Made by a program: the position numbers and the translations under genes
Shown: piece by piece, positions 57,818 to 64,000 of the stretch
How the letters are laid out: each line of letters starts with the position of its first letter
Position numbering within the stretch: the first letter of the stretch is position 1
From: Macrostomum hystrix
Taxonomy: Eukaryota; Animalia; Platyhelminthes
Assembly (NCBI GenBank): GCA_950097015.1
Contig: CATNEN010000002.1
Span: 434,001-498,000 of the forward strand
DNA: 64,000 bases
Direction: 5' to 3'
The notes under the pieces: model-generated
The model's database searches: none
Told to the model about the DNA's origin: nothing
Seen by the model: the letters and a program-made list of their open reading frames with translations, nothing else

Positions 57818-58416
57818 TATCTAAACGGTTACTGTGTATCTAACAGGTTCCTGTGTATCTAACAGGTTCCTGTGTATCTAACAGGTTCCTGTGTATCTAA
57901 CAGGTTCCTTTGTATCTAACAGGTTACTGTGTATCTAACAGGTTCCTGTGTATCTAACAGGTTCCTTTGTATCTAACAGGTTCCTGTGTATCTAACAGGT
58001 TCCTGTGTATCTAACAGGTTCCAGTGTATCTAAAAGGTTCCTGTGTATCTAACAGGTTCCTGTGTATCTAAAAGGTTCCTGTGTATCTAAAAGGTTCCAG
58101 TGTATCTAAAAGGTTCCTGTGTATCTAACAGGTTCCTGTGTATCTAAAAGGTTCCTGTGTATCTAAAAGGTTCCTGTGTATCTAAAAGGTTCCTGTGTAT
58201 CTAACAGGTTCCTGTGTATCTAAAAGGTTCCTGTGTATCTAACAGGTTCCTGTGTATCTAACAGGTTCCTGTGTATCTAATCGGTTCATGAATATCTAAC
58301 AGATTCCTGTGTATCTAACAGGTTCCTGTGTATCTAACAGGTTCCTGTGTATCTAAAAGGTTCCTGTATATCTAACAGGTTCCTGTTTATCTAACAGGTT
58401 CCTGTTTATCTAACAG
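57818..58416. repeat. 19-bp minisatellite (ctgtgtatctaacaggttc), about 31 copies
   Basis: Head-to-tail array; taac/taaa variants cluster in the middle. Confidence 0.96.
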
Positions 58417-59661
58417 TAAAAAACGCAGCCAAAATTCCACTGGAAGGTTGCGGCAGCGAATCGCAGGCCTTCCGCGCCTTGGCAACAGCAGCAAGTGCAT
58501 CGCTGGGCAGCTTCCTCGAATTCTAGTCTGCCCTATCGAACAGCCACCTGCCTGTCGATGAGAGGCGGGCTTTGGCGACCAGAAAACCTCAGCGAATGCG
58601 TCGATCTGACCAACCTGCTGATTTCGGAGCTCAACCTGTGAGCACCTTCGAGCTCAAATCCTGTCGAGTCGATGATCTAATTAGCTCATTCACATTCAGC
58701 TGGCTTGTCTTCCATCTCACCCTCCTGTCACCCTCCTTCCTCAAATTTCTACCCTTTTCTCATGCAAAAATTGGCTGATTCGGAAATAGACGAAATGTAC
58801 TTTCTTATAGCAGCTGGAACGCCAAAAACAAAAAAAGATTTTTCAAAATCAATTTTATGTTCTACCATGCACTATCATAAGTCTACAGTAAAAATATCAC
58901 TTAATCCTACATTCTATGTATTGATTGATTAGTCTTTGAATCAAATGCGGTCGGTTTTACAACGGTTTCTCGACGTCATACGACGCCATAGAATCTCGAC
59001 GTGACTCATACCAGCCAATCAGATAGCTCGGATTTGGCTGGCATAGAGGGGTCCAAAATGGCTATAAAGACGAGACACTGGTGCACTATAAAAGTCAATT
59101 ACCTAAAGTTTTCTACGAGTGTATGAGCTGAAAACGAAAAACTTTTTATTTTTGTTTTCGCTAAAACGTCACAAAATTTACAATAATACATACTTACTTT
59201 CGGAAAGTATTAAGGGCTAGTGTCGCAATACATTTGTTGCTAAGTCTTAGAGTACAATAGTACCTGACACGTCCTGAGAATTCTCTCAGGATTTAGTTAC
59301 GTATTTCTTGGCCCATCCTGAGTTACAAAAATGAAATATCACACAACCGCTACTCTGAAACGCGCAACCATATAGCACAAGTGCACAAGTCCAGCTTGTG
59401 ACAAACCTAAGAGAAGGAAAATTTCGCCATTTTCACAAGTAAAGCTGTGCAAATGTTCACGAGACTTTCAAGCAGAGAGTAATCTTTGCAAGGTAGTAAA
59501 GCGCAACTGTTGAGTTAAGCGCAACCACAGCACAGCTCCGATTTTTATAAAATTGCGGCTATAAAGTCTTTTTTGAATCGGAAAAGGTATATCAGCAATT
59601 GTGACATCATCTATAAACTCGTATAACTAGTTTGTGGCAGCCACGAGACAAGTTTCAAGAA

Positions 59662-61633
59662 ATGAGCAGCGAAGAGGCACTGAGCATGAAGCTGTCTGAA
59701 AAGATGCAGCGTGTTGGATTCAACTCGCGCAATGCCAGGGTTCAATCAGCCATCGCTGACACGTTGTTCGATATTTTTAGATTCCTTTTCAAGCTGGAAG
59801 ATCTGCATATGTTTGGCAGCTTCTCTGATGGCTGGGGCAGCTGCTTGACTAAACTGGATGGTAGCGTGGAAGATGGCAGCGATATTGACGCCACTGTCAT
59901 CTTCTCTGACCTGGATGTGGTACACCTATGTACTGCGTCTATGACAAACATTACCTGCAGCGCGCCAGGTAATACGTTTTCTGACTACAGAGATGGTCAT
60001 ATCAGGTCTCCAATCAAGGGTTAGTTTAATTGATAGTTAATATCACGTTTTTTTCATCCAACTTTGATATTTTAATGTTAATACTGATCAAGTAAAAATG
60101 TTAATTTTTAGCGAACGCGCCAAACTTATGCTTTCCTAAGCCGAAGAACAACACGATCTGCGCCTTCGACCTGATATTCGCCCAGCCCTGCTGCGGCTAT
60201 CCTCCAGTCGCCGTTCTCCAGCCAGACTACAGGAACCGCGTCGGTCAACCTTCCTGCATGCCTGAGCCCATCATGAAGCTGCTCAGAGACCAGGTGTTCG
60301 GAGACTCGCCCAAGTGTCACGCGGTCTCGGCGTCGCCTCCAGGTGAGGAAGGCGGATACCTGCGAGTGAGCACAACCTTCCTTGAGAGAGTTGTCTTGCG
60401 CAACCTTAACACCGTTCAGGGTCAGTTCTTCATTATTGTCAAGTTCCTCATCAAGAGGGTGATTAGCAAAGAGGTGAGCGGTCTGAAATCGTACATGGCC
60501 AAGAACTTGCTGTTCTACATGCTCGACGAGACTGCAGCAGAAGAGTGGAAACCGCAAAACCTGCTCCGCCTTGTGCGGAAGTCGCTGAATATGCTAGCAG
60601 ATATGATGGAAAGCTCTGACGCTAACGACGTCTGCATGAAGCACTTCTTTCTTAGAGACGCAAATGTTTATTTAAAGAAGCAAAAATTAAACACAGATTA
60701 TTATATACCCAAAGGTGCAATAATCGCCGTTGTGAAGAAAACGGTTGAACAACTCACCGTCCACGTGCGTAGCTATCTAGACATAATTCCAGGACCCGAA
60801 GTAAGCGTTGTCCACTTCCACGTATTTTATATCTTTCTGGTTTACGTAGAAATTCTTGAATCAGCCGGTGACAAGCACATCTCGATTCTCCAAGGCCTAT
60901 TCGAATTGGTTGCGAGTGTTAAGATCTCCATTGAAGACTTTCACAGCTCATCCGAGAACTCGCGTCTCGAATTTATTCTCAAGAGAGTGGCGGAGATTCC
61001 AGAAACATTGCCAGCCACCAAAGAGCACCTCAAGGTGATGGCCTACCAGAGAGTTGGAATACCTTTCTCTGATTCAGGCAACAATTTGGAATATTCCTTC
61101 AACAGAGGCATCGACTGCAATTTCATTTCCGATGAAACAACTCACGAGGAAATAAAGTCACTGGTGCTGATGACATTGTCAGAGGTCAACGCCTTCGGAA
61201 TCGTTGCTTCAGGAGAAAAAATAATCAGCTGCAAATTCGAGGACATGATCGGAGGCCTTCTTTCATACTTCACTAATATTCGGCGCGGTGTCATTCCTAG
61301 GAGCGATCTTCTGCTTCAAGCGATATCTAGAATCTCGCCGATAGTTTCTGAGCTGCATGAGTGCGATGTGAGTTCAATTCTGGTTGAAATGCTGCTTGAA
61401 ATTTCACGAACTTTGATTAGCTTACATGACTGAACCCCAAAATGTGTGCTTTTCTTTTCAAGAAGCTGCAAATGTTGCGCACCAGAGCCAATCTGATCCG
61501 GATGATGGGTCAGATACGCAGGTCGCTGCCCTTGGCCAGGCGGCCTCGAAATTTAAATTCGACTGGCGAGTCCGATGTCTACAGTCGCCCACCTGGCCTA
61601 GAAACATTGTTGATTGAAGATGATCTGGATTGA
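59662..61633 (+). CDS. Mab-21 / cGAS-like receptor (cGLR) paralog 2; exons 59662-60019, 60112-61367, 61463-61633
   Basis: GSFSDG...SDIDATV, AFDLIFAQ, LKSYMAKNLLFYML, CMKHFFLRDANVY; junctions G|gttagt..ttttag|CG and GAT|gtgagt..tttcaag|AAG in frame; ends EDDLD* like paralog 1 EDDID*. Confidence 0.85.
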
Positions 61634-61697
61634 GTCCGATGTCTACAGTGGCCCACCTGGCCTAGAAACATTGTTGATTGAAGATGATCTGGATTGA
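61568..61697 (+). repeat. 64-bp tandem duplication covering the cGLR2 stop codon
   Basis: gagtccgatgtctacagt(c/g)gcccacctggcctagaaacattgttgattgaagatgatctggatt twice, one mismatch. Confidence 0.95.
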
Positions 61698-61937
61698 GGC
61701 TTGCTTTATTTGACTAACGCCACGAGTGCTTTTGACATAAGGAAACAAGCAATCATTTGATTGTTTATTGTATACTAATAGTTAATTTCTTCATTGCTAA
61801 GGTTGTGGTCATTGTTACTACGGCTCTCGACAATGGATCTTTTTTAGAATCCAATATATTTTATATTGATTACACCTGCCCTAATCGGGAAAGATGTGCA
61901 GCCGACAGCACAGCCGCAGCTATTGCGCGGCGCATCT

Positions 61938-62150
61938 GCAGGCTGCGTACGGCTGTTCAGTCCATGGACTGGGGGGACGCCACACCCAACCTCAATTACC
62001 CCAGCTAATGCGGTACCCATTTAACATCTGAGTGAATACAGAGTCTTGCAAAAGGATACAAATTGTTCCAGTGGAGTCAGGAATTGAACCCCCGACCTTC
62101 AAGTCGTTTGTAAGTAGTTTGTCGTTTGCGCTCCAACCACAAGGCCAAAA
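61938..62150 (-). mobile_element. tRNA-derived SINE family B copy
   Basis: Shares ctgcgtacggctgt.cagtc.atggactggggg, aattgttccagtggagtc.ggaat.gaa.ccccgac and aaccacaaggc with 63222-63435; Pol III boxes on the minus strand. Confidence 0.75.
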
Positions 62151-63221
62151 CCTCCCTTTTAGAATCCAAACAGTTATAGAACTGCACTGTCCAAACTCTA
62201 CTAGTTGCTAGCCAGAGAAGTCAATGAAACAAACATACACAGAAAAATATACTCAATGTTAATAAAATTATGCAGGAAAATGTTAGCGCGTGGAACAACC
62301 ACGAGCCTCAACTTTTGCTGCTGGTCATAGCCCATGTGAAACTGGTTGTGTCTACGTCATGTTCGCTTCTATTATCCTCCGTAACAGGACATGCGTGGGA
62401 TTCAAGGGCCATTCAAATGTGATACCAAAAAGCAAACTTATAGCTGACTCTCTTGATCAAACACAAGACCCAAGATCATGTATCGATCAACTATACATTT
62501 CATAGCTTCACTGTAACGTTAGGCTCATTGTTGCTACGGTTCCCGTATGATGATTTTTACCATGCAATACTTTTTAGAACACATGCTATTTATCTAAATC
62601 TAAGTAGACTTTTTCTTTGGTCCAGCTAGTTGCTTATTTAACTACTTACAGTAGCATGTAAAGTATGCGGTAGCTACGAGCGTATTAGTGATTACCATAA
62701 TCGAACACTTCACTGCTCTTGAAAATTTTCTGATCCAGACTGCACTTGTCCTGCAGATTCATTTGTTAATTAACCTGTCACTTAATTGCCTAATACAGCG
62801 AAATAATAAAGTTCTAATAAGCTTGTCACAGTCAAGTGGGCAAAAGCAAATTGTTATTTCTAAGAAACACTGCATTCCAAGAAACAGAGAAGGGAGCTAA
62901 AATATATTATCAGTTGTCTGCTTGCCCCTCATCAGGTAGATGAATGCTAGTCGACCGAGTGCAGGAAAGTCAACGATGCAAAAAACTAAATCAGATCACT
63001 TGGCGAGTAGCACAGGATAGTTACCGACAAAAACAAAAAGCACTTCGAAAGATGATAGCAAACGAGGAAAGCTGAAACTTGTCACAGGTCAGGCAAGAAG
63101 AGACAAAGAATGACTTGAGTTATCTATACTTAAAAAGTTGTTAATTGCTGCCACGGAAGACAATAAGATGCGAATTTCTGTCTAAACAAAAATTAACTAT
63201 AATAATGAATTTGCTATGTGA

Positions 63222-63435
63222 AGCCTGCGTACGGCTGTACAGTCTATGGACTGGGGAGACGCCACACCCAACCCTTAATTATCCCAGTTGGTACCTTTTC
63301 AACAGCTGGGTGAGCTGAAGCAAAGCAGCGTTAAGTGTCTTGCAAAATGACAAAAATTGTTCCAGTGGAGTCGGGAATCGAAGCCCCGACATTTAAGTCG
63401 CGTGCCCGACGCTCTAACCACAAGGCTACAACCGC
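63222..63435 (-). mobile_element. tRNA-derived SINE family B copy with CORE-like central domain
   Basis: Minus strand reads tagccttgtggttagagcg (A box), ggcttcgattcc (B box), then gcaagacacttaac...cagctcacccagctgttgaaaaggtacc, resembling the CORE-SINE consensus. Confidence 0.72.
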
Positions 63436-64000
63436 CTGTGTCTAAACAAAGAACACCATAGATCGATTTAGGCGCTCTAAGAAATAAGACAATGCACAAG
63501 CATTCGATGAGTGGTCCGAACTGACTGACTGACATCTTGACGCAAGGTCGCCGGATTTCATTGGCTGCAGCAATCTCTCTTGTCAAGCAGCGGTATAGGA
63601 AATTGGTTTTGTCAGCCGTTAGCTACAGTTCCACGAATTTATTATTCTAGCAAGGGCTCGATACTGAACTTAGCTGCTACGCGAGCTAGTTTCATAGTAA
63701 TGCTACAACCCGAAAGAATATTTTTTAGAAAATTTACCTCTTTCTCTTGTCAAGAAAAGTGGAGAATTCAGCTTGGGAACCCCGAATTCTAAAGAGTTCC
63801 TGAACATCAAAATAATCTGAATAGAGCAAAAAACAGAGTTTTCTTCTATGCGTGTGGGGTAACCTCTTCCGTCTTCTGCTGCAGCCACTTACTGCGCTGC
63901 GCTGGCGTATCCCCATACCCCATGCCAAATTCTGCCCCGGAGGAAAGAAGGGCCTGTCAGATGGAATAATGGTGGGGGTGGCTTAGCCAGGCGCATCACT

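Noticed and set aside
52005-58416. CRISPR-like appearance of the 16-bp and 19-bp arrays
   Set aside because: Units are head-to-tail with no unique spacers, there are no cas genes, and the context is eukaryotic.
59012-59042. Small hairpin ccagccaatc...gatttggctgg upstream of cGLR2
   Set aside because: The short stem could be chance, a CCAAT box or a repeat remnant; nothing distinguishes these.
48311-61633. Bacterial CBASS/CD-NTase operon or contamination
   Set aside because: Both genes have conserved spliceosomal introns and no effector or cap genes, and they are contiguous with animal sequence.
43540-63435. tRNA genes at Pol III box-like motifs
   Set aside because: No full cloverleaf; each continues into a shared SINE body.

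Overview
Eukaryotic (invertebrate animal) genomic DNA with GT-AG introns; no prokaryotic features. The minisatellite-rich, CAG-rich character would fit a flatworm such as Macrostomum, but that is an unverified guess. (1) 1-46075, + strand: the 3' part of one giant spectraplakin gene (shot/MACF1/dystonin family), with 27 exons reconstructed and every junction phase-consistent. Domain order: plakin domain with a degenerate SH3, then an insert of about 6,550 aa (plectin repeats, an 11-aa GSGQQ array, a 10-12-aa TDTAGT array, an acidic disordered region with an unrecognised recurring motif), then spectrin rod, 2 EF-hands, GAS2/GAR and a Ser/Arg tail. About 10,930 codons lie in the window and the N-terminus is upstream. 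There is also a candidate in-frame cassette exon just after GAS2. (2) 48311-51812 and 59662-61633: two tandem three-exon Mab-21/cGAS-like receptor (cGLR) genes with intact catalytic residues; they are diverged except for a 370-bp block that is about 99% identical, an apparent gene conversion. (3) Between them: a very young full-length Ty3/Gypsy LTR retrotransposon (identical 155-bp LTRs, AGTAG target-site duplication, one in-frame TGA in gag) flanked by 16-bp and 19-bp minisatellites. (4) Dispersed tRNA-derived SINEs of two families, a TAA-flanked MITE, a GCGAAGC-capped hairpin and two short tandem duplications. All coordinates and alignments were done by eye; no database searches were run.
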